Below are positions 9,676-20,043 of a DNA stretch of 64,000 nucleotides, piece by piece. The number at the start of each line of letters is the position of its first letter. The first letter of the stretch is position 1. The notes beneath the pieces were generated by a model that saw only the letters and a program-made list of their open reading frames with translations, searched no databases and was not told the DNA's origin. Both the position numbers and the translations under genes were made by a program. Source of the stretch: an uncultured Candidatus Saccharibacteria bacterium (GTDB taxonomy: Bacteria; Patescibacteriota; Minisyncoccia; Phycocordibacterales; UBA9973); the NCBI GenBank assembly GCA_964482735.1, contig CAYZYV010000001.1, positions 16,172-80,171 of the forward strand. The letters are read 5' to 3'.

Positions 9676-10143
9676 TTGTTATATACTCTTCTTGTTATGA
9701 GTACCACTATCTTATTTTATATAGTTTCAATAATCGTGTTGATAATACTTTTGTGGGTATTAATTATTGAAATCAGACTAAAAAGGATTTTCGCTGGTAT
9801 CAAAGCAAAAAACTTAGAGGAAGCTCTTGTAATAGCTGGTAAGAAATTACAAGCACTAGAAGAGACAGAATCCAAGATAGAAAAACACTTGGGAGTTATA
9901 GACGAAAGATTAAATAAATCTATCAGAAATGTTGAAACATTAAGATTTAATCCTTTTGTAGAAGCTGGTGGAAATCAAAGCTTCGCTATAGCATTTCTAA
10001 ACGATGAAGGAAATGGAGTTATACTCTCCAGCCTTTATGCGAGAGATAGGATGAGCGTTTTTGCAAAACCTATCTCTGGAGGAAAATCTACTTTTGAATT
10101 AACAGAAGAAGAAAAGGCCGTTTTAAATAAAACTAAAAAATAG
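9676..10143 (+). CDS. DUF4446-like small membrane protein.
   Basis: It has an N-terminal TM and an RFNPF...GGNQSFAIAFL...ARDRMSVFAK pattern recalled from DUF4446. Confidence 0.4.
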   Translation: MLYTLLVMSTTILFYIVSIIVLIILLWVLIIEIRLKRIFAGIKAKNLEEALVIAGKKLQALEETESKIEKHLGVIDERLNKSIRNVETLRFNPFVEAGGNQSFAIAFLNDEGNGVILSSLYARDRMSVFAKPISGGKSTFELTEEEKAVLNKTKK

Positions 10144-10232
10144 ATTATTTGAGCAGAAAATAAGATTTTATTTATCTTAGATGAAAGCATCTTGGATAAA
10201 ATTTTATTTTCTGAGTAAATAATAAAAAAATT

Positions 10233-11738
10233 ATGACTACTTCTAAAGATAACATTAAAAAAAGACCACCAGTCGTGGTAGTGATGGGACACGTTGATCA
10301 TGGTAAATCAACGCTTTTAGACTATATCAGAAAAACCAAAATTGTTGATGGAGAAGCTGGAGGAATAACTCAGCACATAAGTGCTTACGAAGTATGCACC
10401 AAAGATGAAAATAATAATGACAGATTAATAACATTTTTGGATACTCCAGGTCACGAAGCCTTTACAAAAATGAGGTGTCGCGGTGCTCAAGCTGCAGACA
10501 TTGCAATCCTGGTTGTCTCTGCAGAAGACGGAGTAAAAGCTCAAACAATGGAAGCCTACAACACAATCATAGAAAATAAAATTCCTTATGTTGTGGCAAT
10601 CAATAAAATAGATAGACCAAATGCAAACATAGATAGAACCAAAATGGATTTAGTTGAGAAAGGTATCTACTTGGAAGGATTAGGTGGAAATATACCATTT
10701 GCTTTAATATCTGCAAAAGAAGGAACTGGAATAAATGAACTCATGGAATTAATTATCCTTTTGTCTGATATGGAAAATCTAGAAGGAAATTCATCTTTGA
10801 ACGCAAGCGGTGTTATTATCGAAGCAAAAAGAGATCCAAAAAGAGGAATTAGTGCCACTTGTATTATAAAAGACGGAACTATCAGATCAGGAATGTTTGT
10901 AGCCTGTGGAGAATCTTTAGTGAGCACAAGAATGCTAGAAAATTTCTTAGGAAAACCAATCAAAGAAGCAACCTTCTCATCACCTATCCATCTTGTAGGC
11001 TTCGAAAGCATGCCAGAAGTAGGAAATGTTTTTGAATCTTTTGATACAAAAAAAGAAGCTGAAGCTTATATCAAAATTGTTAAAGAAGAAAACAGTAATA
11101 ACAAAACAACTAATTGCCAAAAAGACCAAAATATAAAAACTATTCCAATCGTTATAAAGACTGATGTTGTTGGAACTATTGATGCTATCGAAAAAGAAAT
11201 TGAAAAATTAAACAAAGAAGAAATTGCTTTCAAAATTATAGGTAAAGGAGTTGGTGCTATTAATGAATCTGATTTAAAAATGGCTTGTATTGATAAAGAC
11301 AGCATAATTGTTGGGTTTAATACAAAAATAGATTCTACCGCTAGAGACTTAAATGAATCTTTGAAAGTAAAAGTAGAAACTTTTGACATTATTTATAAAC
11401 TAATAGACTGGTTGAGAGATTTGATAGAAGAAAGAAGACCTAGACAAGAGGTAAAAGAAGTCATCGGTAGTTTAAAAATCCTAAAAACTTTTGGTACTAC
11501 AAAAGACAGGCACGTCGTTGGGGGTAAGGTTATAAGTGGTAAAATAAGCTTACACGGTAATGTTAAAATAATGCGAAGAGATTTTGAGATCGGCACAGGA
11601 AAAATAACAGAACTTCAGACCAATAAGATAAAAGCCAAGGATGTATTTGATGGAGATGAATGTGGAATTCAAGTTGAAACCAGAGTGGACGTTGCTTCTG
11701 GCGATGTCTTAGAAGCGTTTGAATTAGTTATTAAATAA
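10233..11738 (+). CDS. infB: Translation initiation factor IF-2 (short, GTPase plus C-terminal domains only).
   Basis: G1 VMGHVDHGKSTLLD, G3 DTPGHEAF and NKID motifs. It lies immediately upstream of rbfA, as in the infB-rbfA operon. Confidence 0.85.
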   Translation: MTTSKDNIKKRPPVVVVMGHVDHGKSTLLDYIRKTKIVDGEAGGITQHISAYEVCTKDENNNDRLITFLDTPGHEAFTKMRCRGAQAADIAILVVSAEDGVKAQTMEAYNTIIENKIPYVVAINKIDRPNANIDRTKMDLVEKGIYLEGLGGNIPFALISAKEGTGINELMELIILLSDMENLEGNSSLNASGVIIEAKRDPKRGISATCIIKDGTIRSGMFVACGESLVSTRMLENFLGKPIKEATFSSPIHLVGFESMPEVGNVFESFDTKKEAEAYIKIVKEENSNNKTTNCQKDQNIKTIPIVIKTDVVGTIDAIEKEIEKLNKEEIAFKIIGKGVGAINESDLKMACIDKDSIIVGFNTKIDSTARDLNESLKVKVETFDIIYKLIDWLRDLIEERRPRQEVKEVIGSLKILKTFGTTKDRHVVGGKVISGKISLHGNVKIMRRDFEIGTGKITELQTNKIKAKDVFDGDECGIQVETRVDVASGDVLEAFELVIK

Positions 11739-11770
11739 AAAAATCGTATTAACAAGTAATCAAGAATTTT

Positions 11771-12097
11771 ATGTCAGAATTTAGAAATGAAAAAATAAAA
11801 AATATGATTAAAGAGCATTCTGCTCTTTTCATTGAAAAAGAATCTGGTAACACTTCCCTGATTACGGTTACTAGAGTATTACTATCTGAAGATGGTAAAA
11901 GAGCAACGATCATGATCAGTGTCTTACCTAAAGACAAAGAAAGTGCAGCTTATGGTTTTATCAAAAGAAACCTGGGAGAACTTCGAAAAGAAATCATGAA
12001 AAATCTAAAAATAAACCCCGTCCCATTTTTAGATGTTAAAATTGATGAAGGAGAAAAAAACAGACAAAAAATTGACGAACTTTTAATAAATGGTTAG
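11771..12097 (+). CDS. rbfA: Ribosome-binding factor A.
   Basis: 108 aa immediately after infB, with the SLITVTRV...ATIMISV RbfA pattern. Confidence 0.7.
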   Translation: MSEFRNEKIKNMIKEHSALFIEKESGNTSLITVTRVLLSEDGKRATIMISVLPKDKESAAYGFIKRNLGELRKEIMKNLKINPVPFLDVKIDEGEKNRQKIDELLING

Positions 12098-12251
12098 TAT
12101 AGAAGAAGCTATTTGATTAATCAAACAATCAAAATAGCCTTTGATAAAAACACTTGATTGATTTTTGTATATGAGATATTTTTATCCGTGTAGGGCCCCT
12201 TTGGGGTAAAGCGGGAAAAATATCCCATATACAAAAATTATTAATTCGTTA

Positions 12252-12323
12252 GGCCTAGTCGCCAAGTGGTAAGGCAAGAGTCTGCAAAACTCTTATACGG
12301 CGGTTCGATTCCGCCCTAGGCCT
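12252..12323 (+). tRNA. tRNA-Cys (anticodon GCA).
   Basis: Manual fold gives acceptor GGCCTAG/CTAGGCC, anticodon loop CTGCAAA and T-arm GGCGG-TTCGATT-CCGCC. Confidence 0.8.
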
Positions 12324-12380
12324 CAGTGGAAAATTTAAAAATTTTCTGCTAATATATAAAGTGGTTTTACAAAGTAATAT

Positions 12381-12462
12381 GCCCAGGTGGCGGAATTGGT
12401 ATACGCGCTAGTCTTAGGAACTAGTGGAGCAATCCTTGGAGGTTCAAGTCCTCTCCTGGGCA
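12381..12462 (+). tRNA. tRNA-Leu (anticodon TAG), class II.
   Basis: Acceptor GCCCAGG/CCTGGGC, anticodon stem CTAGT/ACTAG with loop CTTAGGA, a long variable arm and T-arm GGAGG-TTCAAGT-CCTCT. Confidence 0.8.
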
Positions 12463-12477
12463 CAAAAGCATGGTTTT

Positions 12478-12508
12478 AAAAAGAGCAAACTTCTTTGCTC
12501 TTTTTTGC
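12478..12508 (+). terminator. Rho-independent terminator after the tRNA pair.
   Basis: aagagcaaa-cttc-tttgctctt followed by tttt. Confidence 0.6.
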
Positions 12509-12837
12509 TTTTGTGAGGCGGAGTGATAGTTTCGCCAACAGGCGAAACCACGAGCCGGGGTCGCGAAAATTTCGAGCGACGGCGAGAAATTATTTGTGAC
12601 CAAAAAGGTGTACAAAAAAGAGATAATGTTATTATCTCTTTTTTAAGGAGAGGGCTTGAAAGCCGGAGGCCGACAGGCCGAGGCGGGTGAGAAAGCGAAC
12701 ACCTGGAGCTTTCGCAAGACCTTGAGCGTTTTGTAATCAAAATGCGAAAGGTGTACAGAATCTGTAAGATTCGCAAGATTTTTCAGCAGAAAAATACTTG
12801 TGACCAAGTCCTCTTTCAAGAATTATAGGCAAAAGTA

Positions 12838-13704
12838 CTATCGAACACATCGGACATAGCTCTCGTTAGTCTGGTTATGGTTAACCAAGTTACCATTGTA
12901 CATGAACTGTTCGTAAGCGAGCGAAGTAGGCGAAGATGGGACGGTGGTAGAAGACCAATAGATGTTCGCCACGAATCCCAAAGGTGCCCAAGGGTCTGTG
13001 TCACCATCTGTACTTGCCTTAGAATACCATGCGTGAGATAGGGTTCTTGATTCTTCGATAGAAGGAAGTCTTCCTCCGTTGGTAGCACAAGCAGTTTTTG
13101 CAGTAGACCAGTTCATTGTATTACTACCAGATACATCATCTCCGGGTAGAGAGACTCCGGCTGAAGTTACGCTTCTTGTATCCCATTTGACTACTCCATT
13201 TTCATCCACAGACCATGCTTTGAGTTCACCTGTGTCATAAATGAGAGCGGTGGCACCGAAGCGTTGGTAGTCGTCACCGATATATGGAGTAGAACCTATA
13301 CCTGTCCCATAAAAACTAAAGCATTTAACAACTATTCCTTGATCAGTGAGTGATTTAGCTATTGGGGCTAGGTTTCCAGTACAAGCGAGATCCGTGTATG
13401 AAGTATTTGATCCAGTAAAACTACCATTTTCGAGTTGGTTTAAAGACGCTTGATTATATAGCTGTTTTAATGTTGATTTGACAGTTGCAATCTTTCCTTT
13501 TTCTCTTGCACTATTTAGTGAAGCAACAACTACAGCAGATAATATTCCGATGATAGCGATAACTACAAGAAGTTCAATAAGGGTAAAACCTCCACACCCA
13601 CTTTTACAATGTGATTTCATCACGCACGTTTCGTGCTTTGTAAAAGTAGGTGTGGGGGTGAAGCCTTTTGTAATTTTATTAGATTTTATGAATTCCTTTT
13701 TCAC
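12838..13704 (-). CDS. Type IV pilin-like protein with a long leader and a C-terminal DUF1566/Lcl-like domain (paralog 1).
   Basis: It has a prepilin motif ([21 protein letters not shown]) and a conserved C-terminus ([27 protein letters not shown]...[10 protein letters not shown]...YWSS...VRCVR). The start was chosen at GTG 13704 by homology to paralog 3. The ORF-track ATG at 13761 is the alternative. Confidence 0.65.
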   Translation of the reverse strand: MKKEFIKSNKITKGFTPTPTFTKHETCVMKSHCKSGCGGFTLIELLVVIAIIGILSAVVVASLNSAREKGKIATVKSTLKQLYNQASLNQLENGSFTGSNTSYTDLACTGNLAPIAKSLTDQGIVVKCFSFYGTGIGSTPYIGDDYQRFGATALIYDTGELKAWSVDENGVVKWDTRSVTSAGVSLPGDDVSGSNTMNWSTAKTACATNGGRLPSIEESRTLSHAWYSKASTDGDTDPWAPLGFVANIYWSSTTVPSSPTSLAYEQFMYNGNLVNHNQTNESYVRCVR

Positions 13705-13710
13705 TTTTTT

Positions 13711-13716
13711 ATTATA
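13711..13716 (-). promoter_or_regulatory. TATAAT -10 box 6 nt upstream of the pilin-1 start codon, suggesting a leaderless mRNA.
   Basis: An identical TATAAT at identical spacing is present before all three pilin paralogs. Confidence 0.4.
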
Positions 13717-13745
13717 CCATAGTAGTTTCAAAATTAAACCGTTTT

Positions 13746-13842
13746 CCCCTAGGTCCGACATAGGGGAAAGGAAGATTACTTAATAAGCCGAGGTCTTTCC
13801 TCGTACGAGGTCGGACCTAGTACAAGGTCCGACCTCGGCTGT
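13746..13842. repeat. GC-rich palindromic elements upstream of pilin 1.
   Basis: cccctaggtccgacatagggg and gaggtcggacc-tagtacaa-ggtccgacctc (11-bp perfect arms) lie in the divergent pilin1/secG intergenic region. Confidence 0.6.
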
Positions 13843-13986
13843 TATCCACAGTTTTTGTAGAGTATCTTAGCCCGCTCAAACCTGGAGTTTAAGTTAGTAA
13901 AAAGATATTTTTTCACTCTTTAGTGTAATATAGTTAACCAAACACCTTATTGCTTATTCTCTCAAAATATAGTATACTCTTTTTAT

Positions 13987-14220
13987 ATGACGATTTTCAC
14001 TAATATGTTACCTTATTTACAGATAATTCTGTCCATAATTTTAATAGTTACTATTTTACTACAACAATCTTCAGCTGGAGTCGGAGGCGCTTTTGGTGGA
14101 GGCGAAGGTGGTGGTCTTTATAACACACGTCGTGGTTTTGAAAAGTTTCTCTTTATTTTTACTATAGTAATAGCGATACTCTTTGCTGTTTTTGCTTTTA
14201 TTGCTATTTTTGTAAAATAG
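13987..14220 (+). CDS. secG: Preprotein translocase subunit SecG.
   Basis: 77 aa with two TM helices and a glycine-rich loop (LLQQSSAGVGGAFGGGEGGGLYNTRRG). Confidence 0.7.
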   Translation: MTIFTNMLPYLQIILSIILIVTILLQQSSAGVGGAFGGGEGGGLYNTRRGFEKFLFIFTIVIAILFAVFAFIAIFVK

Positions 14221-14251
14221 GCTTCTTTTCCCGATACGGCAACAGTTTTCT

Positions 14252-16063
14252 ATGCGTAAAACCAAAAATATATTAAAGTTTTTAAAAGAATTTCGTTTTT
14301 ATAAAAAAAGAGAGCTAGCATTAGCTGCATCTTCCCTTTCCAGTAAACAATTTTTATTGTTTGTAGGACTACTTTTAGTAACCATTATTTCACTTGTTGG
14401 AATCATCGGTAAGATTAATAGTATGTTTTTAGTGGATGTTCCTTCAAATGGAGGAGAAATTACCGAAGGTATTGTCGGTTTTCCAACATTGGTTAACCCA
14501 GTTATTGCTTTTTCAGACGCAGACAAAGATTTAACTTCTTTGATTTATTCTGGACTAATGAGAAAAACTCCAGATGGTGATTATATCCCCGATTTAGCAA
14601 AAACAATGGATGTCTCAGGAAATGGAACAGTTTACACTTTTACCCTAAAAGATGGCATTGAATTTCATAATGGAAAAGATATTACCGTAGATGATATTAT
14701 TTTTACAATAGACAAGATCAAGGATCCTCTAACCAAGAGTCCTAAAAAGTCTAGCTGGGATGGAGTTATCGTTAACAAAATAGACGAAAAGACAATAGAG
14801 TTTAGACTTCCACAACCATATATTTCATTTATGGATAATACCACCTTAGGAATTTTACCTTCTCAATTGTGGAAAAACGTTAGCACAAAAGAATTTAATC
14901 TTTCTACCCTAAATTCTAAAGCTGTCGGTTCTGGTCCTTTTAAAGTTAGAAAGGTAATAAAAAACAGTGATGGCTTGTCTGAAAGATATGAGCTTGTCAG
15001 ATTTAATGGTTTTGCTCTTGGAAAACCATTAATCAAGAAATTAAACATTGTTTCTTTTGCCAGTGAAAAAGAATTAATTAAATCTTTTCAAGGTGGATCG
15101 ATAGACCAAGCTGGAGGAATTAGCCCAGAAAACGCTTCATCTATTTTAAAAGGTGGAAATAAGATAAACTCTGTGAATCTACCTAGAGTTTTCGGAATCT
15201 TCTTCAATAGCTCAAAAAATAAACTTTTTTCAGATGAAGAACTTGTGAAGCTTTTGAATAAGGCTATCGACAGACAAGAAATAGTCGACAAGGTCTTGAG
15301 TGGTTACGGAGAAATCATAGACTCCCCTATTCCAAAGAAGATTCTCGACAAAGAAATCAGCGAGAAATTCACAGCCACAACCATAGAAGAGATAAACGCA
15401 TCTTTGGATAAAGCTGGATGGAAACTTGGAGACGACGGGATTAGAGTAAAAGGTGGAAAGACAACCAAAACAGTGACCAAGAAAGTTAATGGAAAGACTG
15501 TTAAACAAAACGTTACGACAAGCTCTCCAGAAACTAGATTGTCTTTTTCTTTGACCACAGGAGACGCACCTGAATTAAAACAGGCTGTTTCAATAATAAA
15601 AGAGCAGTTGTTAAAAATAGGAGTAGAAGTAGATATTAAAAAGGTTTATGAGACTGGACAGGTAAACCAACTGATTCACGCTAGAGAATATGAAGCTTTA
15701 TTCTTTGGACAAATTATTTATCATGAATCTGATTTATATTCTTACTGGCACTCTTCCCAAAAGATGGGACCTGGTTTAAACATTGGACTTTATGACAATA
15801 AAAAAGCAGACTCTATACTAGAGTCTGCTCAGAAGATGATGTCTCGAGAAGACCGATTGCAAAAGTATGAGGACCTAAGTAATGAATTTAAAAATGATAT
15901 CCCAGCAATTATGGTTTATTCTCCTCTATACCTTTATGCAACTTCTAACAATTTAGTTAATTTAAATCTTTCAAATATTACAACCCCATCTGATAGATTC
16001 TTATCTTCGTATTTGTGGTCTGCAGATACAGATAAGGTCTACAAAATCTTTATAAAAAAATAA
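14252..16063 (+). CDS. ABC transporter substrate-binding protein, family 5 (peptide/nickel type). It has an N-terminal TM anchor.
   Basis: ~600 aa with a signal/TM and SBP_bac_5-like blocks (DIIFTIDKIKDP, GPFKV, NPEN). Confidence 0.65.
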   Translation: MRKTKNILKFLKEFRFYKKRELALAASSLSSKQFLLFVGLLLVTIISLVGIIGKINSMFLVDVPSNGGEITEGIVGFPTLVNPVIAFSDADKDLTSLIYSGLMRKTPDGDYIPDLAKTMDVSGNGTVYTFTLKDGIEFHNGKDITVDDIIFTIDKIKDPLTKSPKKSSWDGVIVNKIDEKTIEFRLPQPYISFMDNTTLGILPSQLWKNVSTKEFNLSTLNSKAVGSGPFKVRKVIKNSDGLSERYELVRFNGFALGKPLIKKLNIVSFASEKELIKSFQGGSIDQAGGISPENASSILKGGNKINSVNLPRVFGIFFNSSKNKLFSDEELVKLLNKAIDRQEIVDKVLSGYGEIIDSPIPKKILDKEISEKFTATTIEEINASLDKAGWKLGDDGIRVKGGKTTKTVTKKVNGKTVKQNVTTSSPETRLSFSLTTGDAPELKQAVSIIKEQLLKIGVEVDIKKVYETGQVNQLIHAREYEALFFGQIIYHESDLYSYWHSSQKMGPGLNIGLYDNKKADSILESAQKMMSREDRLQKYEDLSNEFKNDIPAIMVYSPLYLYATSNNLVNLNLSNITTPSDRFLSSYLWSADTDKVYKIFIKK

Positions 16064-16067
16064 AAAT

Positions 16068-18053
16068 ATGACAGAAATAAACAAAAAAAATCAAAACTCT
16101 AAAACAAGAGTTTCTAATAGATTTTCTTATGAGAAGCATGGGAGCATTCGTGTTTTACACAAACCACAATCCCCATCAGCTACAAAGAAAACGACTCAAA
16201 AAAATCCAATAGCAAATACTGCTAATAAAAGCTCAGATAATAGAGTAAAGAAAATTAGCCGAGGAAGTTATCAGTACGGTAGTAAAAAAATGCCTAAAAA
16301 GCCAAAAATGGAAGCTTCCGTGGCACAACCTAAAACTTTTAACACTAGAAAATCTAGCCCCATTCCTGCTCCTGAAAGAGATGTGATTAGAATAATACCC
16401 CTTGGAGGTGTTGAAGAAATCGGCAAGAACATGACCGCTATTGAAATCAATGACGACATCATAGTCATTGATGCCGGAATGCAATTTAAAACAGAAGATA
16501 CTCCAGGAATTGATTACATTATTCCAAACACTACTTACCTAGAAGAAAGAAAGGATAAGATAAGAGGAGTCTTTATTACCCACGCCCACCTAGACCACAT
16601 AGGAGGTGTGCCTTTGGTAATGAGCCGTATCGGTAATCCTCCAATCTATTCGAGAAATCTAACTGTTTTAATGATGAAAAAGAGACAAGAAGATTTTTCT
16701 CACCTACCCGCTTTAAAATTAAATGTCGTAGAGAAAGACAGTGTAATTTATGCTGGAGAAATGAAAATCAGATTCTTTGGTGTGACCCACACTGTGCCTG
16801 ATTCAATGGGTATAATCATAGAGACACCTTATGGATTGATTGTTAATCCTGGAGACTACAAATTGGATCAAGTAGATGGCAAAACCACCGAAAGCGAAGA
16901 AAAAGAATATGCATTTTTTGATAAAGAAAAAGTTCTTCTTTTAATGGCAGACTCGACCAACGTAGAAAATGATGGGTTTGCTCTTCCCGAAGTAAAAGTA
17001 CATGAGGGACTAGCTCATTTAATCAAACAAATTTCAGGGCGTATTATTATTGCCGCTTTTGCCTCTCACATAACAAGACTTGTTAAAATAATTGAGATAG
17101 CAGAATCATTAAATAAAAAAGTTGCGCTAGACGGTCGCTCTCTTAAAACCAACATGGAAGTTTGTGAGTTAGCTGGATTATATAAACCCAAAAAAGGAAC
17201 AATCATACCGATTGAAGATGCAGACAGCTACCCTCCTAACAAGGTGATCGTTCTAATGACCGGAGCTCAAGGAGAAGAATTCGCCGCGCTAGGACGTGCT
17301 GCAAATAAAACCCACAGAAAATTTACTATTAAAAAGGGAGATACAATAATTCTTTCAGCATCTATTGTTCCTGGTAACGAAATATCAGTTCAACACTTAA
17401 AAGATAACCTGACCAGACACGGAGTTCGTATAATTAGTTACAGAACAAGTGAGGAATATGTTCACGCTACCGGGCACGGCAACAAAGAAGATATTAAGTG
17501 GCTACACAGAAAGTTAAAACCTAAATTTTTTGTACCAATTCACGGACATCATTCAATGCTTGTTGCTCACAAAGAAATAGCTACTACTTTGGGAATGTCA
17601 GAAGAGAATATCATAGTCCCAGACAATGGCTCTATTATTGAAATAGCCGACAAGGGACAAAAAATTGTATTACGAAAAGAAAAAGCTCCTTCTGGACCAA
17701 TGCTAGTTGACGGTTTTTCAATCGGAGACGAGCAGGACGTGGTTATCAGAGACCGAGTTATGCTAGCAAAAGACGGAATGTTCGTTTTAATTGCTACGAT
17801 TGATCAAGCTTCTGGTAAACTTAGAAAATCCCCTGATATTATTTCTCGAGGATTCATATATCTTAAAGAAAACCAGGAATTATTACACCAAGTCCGTCTA
17901 ATCATCAAGAAAACGATTGAAGACGAAGCTCTTGGAAGAAATCCTATTAACTTCGATAGTGTAAAAACTGCTCTAGGCGATAACATCTCAAAGTTTTTAT
18001 TCCAAAAAACTGCAAAGAGGCCTATTGTTATCCCAGTATTATTAAGTATTTAA
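16068..18053 (+). CDS. rnj: Ribonuclease J (beta-CASP metallo-beta-lactamase) with a basic low-complexity N-terminal extension.
   Basis: HAHLDHIGG, GDYKLDQ and later H/D motifs. The first ~110 aa are K/S-rich. Confidence 0.85.
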   Translation: MTEINKKNQNSKTRVSNRFSYEKHGSIRVLHKPQSPSATKKTTQKNPIANTANKSSDNRVKKISRGSYQYGSKKMPKKPKMEASVAQPKTFNTRKSSPIPAPERDVIRIIPLGGVEEIGKNMTAIEINDDIIVIDAGMQFKTEDTPGIDYIIPNTTYLEERKDKIRGVFITHAHLDHIGGVPLVMSRIGNPPIYSRNLTVLMMKKRQEDFSHLPALKLNVVEKDSVIYAGEMKIRFFGVTHTVPDSMGIIIETPYGLIVNPGDYKLDQVDGKTTESEEKEYAFFDKEKVLLLMADSTNVENDGFALPEVKVHEGLAHLIKQISGRIIIAAFASHITRLVKIIEIAESLNKKVALDGRSLKTNMEVCELAGLYKPKKGTIIPIEDADSYPPNKVIVLMTGAQGEEFAALGRAANKTHRKFTIKKGDTIILSASIVPGNEISVQHLKDNLTRHGVRIISYRTSEEYVHATGHGNKEDIKWLHRKLKPKFFVPIHGHHSMLVAHKEIATTLGMSEENIIVPDNGSIIEIADKGQKIVLRKEKAPSGPMLVDGFSIGDEQDVVIRDRVMLAKDGMFVLIATIDQASGKLRKSPDIISRGFIYLKENQELLHQVRLIIKKTIEDEALGRNPINFDSVKTALGDNISKFLFQKTAKRPIVIPVLLSI

Positions 18054-18066
18054 TTAAATCTTAAAA

Positions 18067-19236
18067 ATGGATAGTCATAAACTAAAAATAAGAAGAATGT
18101 ATTTGCTCTCATTCCTGTTTACTTTTCACATTGCATTATCTTCATATATCAACTCTACGTTCTTAACGAACATCATATCTGAAAAATATGTTGGTATGCT
18201 TTATACCCTATCTTCCCTTTTAGCTTTAGCCCTCCTTTCAAGAAGTGTTAATATCTTAAAATATTTTGGAAACAAAAAATTAACTTTATCATTTTTGCTT
18301 TTAAATATGTTGGCCTTGGTTGGAATTATTTCTTCCTCAAGTCCGATTCTAACTAGTGTTTCCTTTATTATTTTCTCAGCAACCAACACCTTGGTTCTAT
18401 TTTGCATAGATATATTTATAGAGCATTTTAGTGACCCTTCAAAGACTGGTAAAACAAGAGGATTATACCTAACCATCATAAACATAGCCTGGATGTTGTC
18501 TCCTTTAATTTCTGCAATGTTAATTACTAAGACAGGCGGATACACATCTATCTATGTCTTAGCTTTTATAATGGTCGCCCTTATGACTATAGGTTTAGTC
18601 TTCTCTGTTAAAACATTTAAAGATAAGGTTTATATCAAAACACCTTTTATTCAAACTTTTAAATACCTTTTGACCAATAGACACATGCTGGCTATTGTTT
18701 CAATCAATTTCCTCTTACAATTCTTCTATGCTTGGATGGTTGTTTATACCCCTATTTATCTTTATGACCACTTGGGCTTTACTTGGGATCAAATAGGTAT
18801 TGCCTTCACGGCAATGTTAGCTCCATTTGTTATATTAGGATATCCATTAGGAATCTTAGTTGATAAATATCATGTTAAGAGAAGAAATATCTTGAAGTTA
18901 GGTTTTGCAATTGCAATAATTTCAACCGTTTCAATATTCTTCATAACTTCGATGAACGTTCTTTTGTGGGCGTTGGTTTTGTTTATGACAAGAGTCGGAG
19001 CTAGTATGATAGAAACAGCTGGAGAAATATATTTCTTCGATCATATCGATGATCAAGATGCTAATCTGTTGAGTATTTATCGAGACATGTATCCTATCGC
19101 TTATATCATAGCTCCTACGATAGCCACACTTATATTCCTTGTACTTCCATTTAAATATCTTTTCATTATTCTCGGACTAATCCTATCTGTTGGTTTTTAT
19201 ATTATTCCTAAACTTAAAAAAATAAAAAATGCTTAA
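18067..19236 (+). CDS. Polytopic membrane transporter (MFS-like).
   Basis: About 10-12 predicted TM segments. No specific family signature was seen. Confidence 0.45.
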   Translation: MDSHKLKIRRMYLLSFLFTFHIALSSYINSTFLTNIISEKYVGMLYTLSSLLALALLSRSVNILKYFGNKKLTLSFLLLNMLALVGIISSSSPILTSVSFIIFSATNTLVLFCIDIFIEHFSDPSKTGKTRGLYLTIINIAWMLSPLISAMLITKTGGYTSIYVLAFIMVALMTIGLVFSVKTFKDKVYIKTPFIQTFKYLLTNRHMLAIVSINFLLQFFYAWMVVYTPIYLYDHLGFTWDQIGIAFTAMLAPFVILGYPLGILVDKYHVKRRNILKLGFAIAIISTVSIFFITSMNVLLWALVLFMTRVGASMIETAGEIYFFDHIDDQDANLLSIYRDMYPIAYIIAPTIATLIFLVLPFKYLFIILGLILSVGFYIIPKLKKIKNA

Positions 19237-19942
19237 AACTGAATATCCTATTAGGATTAATAAATATCTAGCTTTAAAAAACTACTCTACTAGAACTGGA
19301 GGAGACGATCTAATCAAAAAGGGATTAGTTTTTATAAACGGCAAAAAAGCCAAATTGGGAGACAAAGTTTTTGAAGAAGACACCGTAACCGTAAATACAA
19401 CCAAGAATCAAAAACAATTGGTCTACTATGCATACAATAAAAAAACAAATGTTTCTACCAACAAAGAACCCGGAGCCAAAGACATACTATCCGTGACCAA
19501 ATTCCCCGAAAGAGTTTTCCCTGTAGGTAGATTAGACAAAGATTCTCATGGATTAATTATTTTAACCAACGATGGAAGGATTACAGACCGATTATTATCA
19601 CCTCGTTATGTTCACGAAAAAGAATACATTGTAAAAGTTGAACCAGCTTTTAGTTCAAAATTTATTGAACTAATGTCAAAGGGGGTTAGGTTCGATGGAT
19701 ACACTAGTAAAAGATGTGAGATCTGGGCAAAAGGTAAATCAACCGATACTTTTCATATTATTTTAACCGAGGGTAAGAAGAGACAAATCAGAAGAATGTG
19801 TGAAGCTCTACATCATGAAGTGATAGATCTAAAAAGAATTCGAGTAATGAACATAGAATTAGGAAAAATAAAAGAAGGAGAATACAAAAAGATAGAAGGA
19901 CTAGAATTAGACATTTTCTTAAAATCATTGAACCTAAAATAA
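19229..19942 (+). CDS. Pseudouridine synthase, RsuA/RluB family (S4 domain plus catalytic domain).
   Basis: S4-like N-terminus (RINKYLALKNYSTRTGGDDLIKKGLVFINGK) and the catalytic Asp motif VGRLDKDSHGLIILTNDG. Confidence 0.8.
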   Translation: MLKTEYPIRINKYLALKNYSTRTGGDDLIKKGLVFINGKKAKLGDKVFEEDTVTVNTTKNQKQLVYYAYNKKTNVSTNKEPGAKDILSVTKFPERVFPVGRLDKDSHGLIILTNDGRITDRLLSPRYVHEKEYIVKVEPAFSSKFIELMSKGVRFDGYTSKRCEIWAKGKSTDTFHIILTEGKKRQIRRMCEALHHEVIDLKRIRVMNIELGKIKEGEYKKIEGLELDIFLKSLNLK

Positions 19943-20043
19943 AAACACCCCGACCAAAGTCGAAGTGTTTTTATTTTAAGTTAACAATATAGGGCTTGCC
20001 CGATTGCTATTTGGCAATGTAGGGCTTGCGCCCCCCCCGATCG

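Noticed and set aside
12421-12776. ORFs of 64 and 110 aa overlapping tRNA-Leu and the GC-rich spacer.
   Set aside because: They overlap a confident tRNA and hairpin-dense non-coding DNA, and their codon composition is atypical.
12500-12837. RNase P RNA, SRP RNA or tmRNA in the GC-rich spacer.
   Set aside because: None of the universally conserved motifs was found: the RNase P CR-I/CR-V boxes, the SRP domain IV GGAAG/AGCAG pattern, or the tmRNA tRNA-like ends.
13705-13761. The longer pilin-1 ORF starting at ATG 13761.
   Set aside because: The homologous region upstream of paralog 3 is non-coding and carries the TATAAT box. GTG 13704 is favoured as the start, but 13761 remains an alternative.
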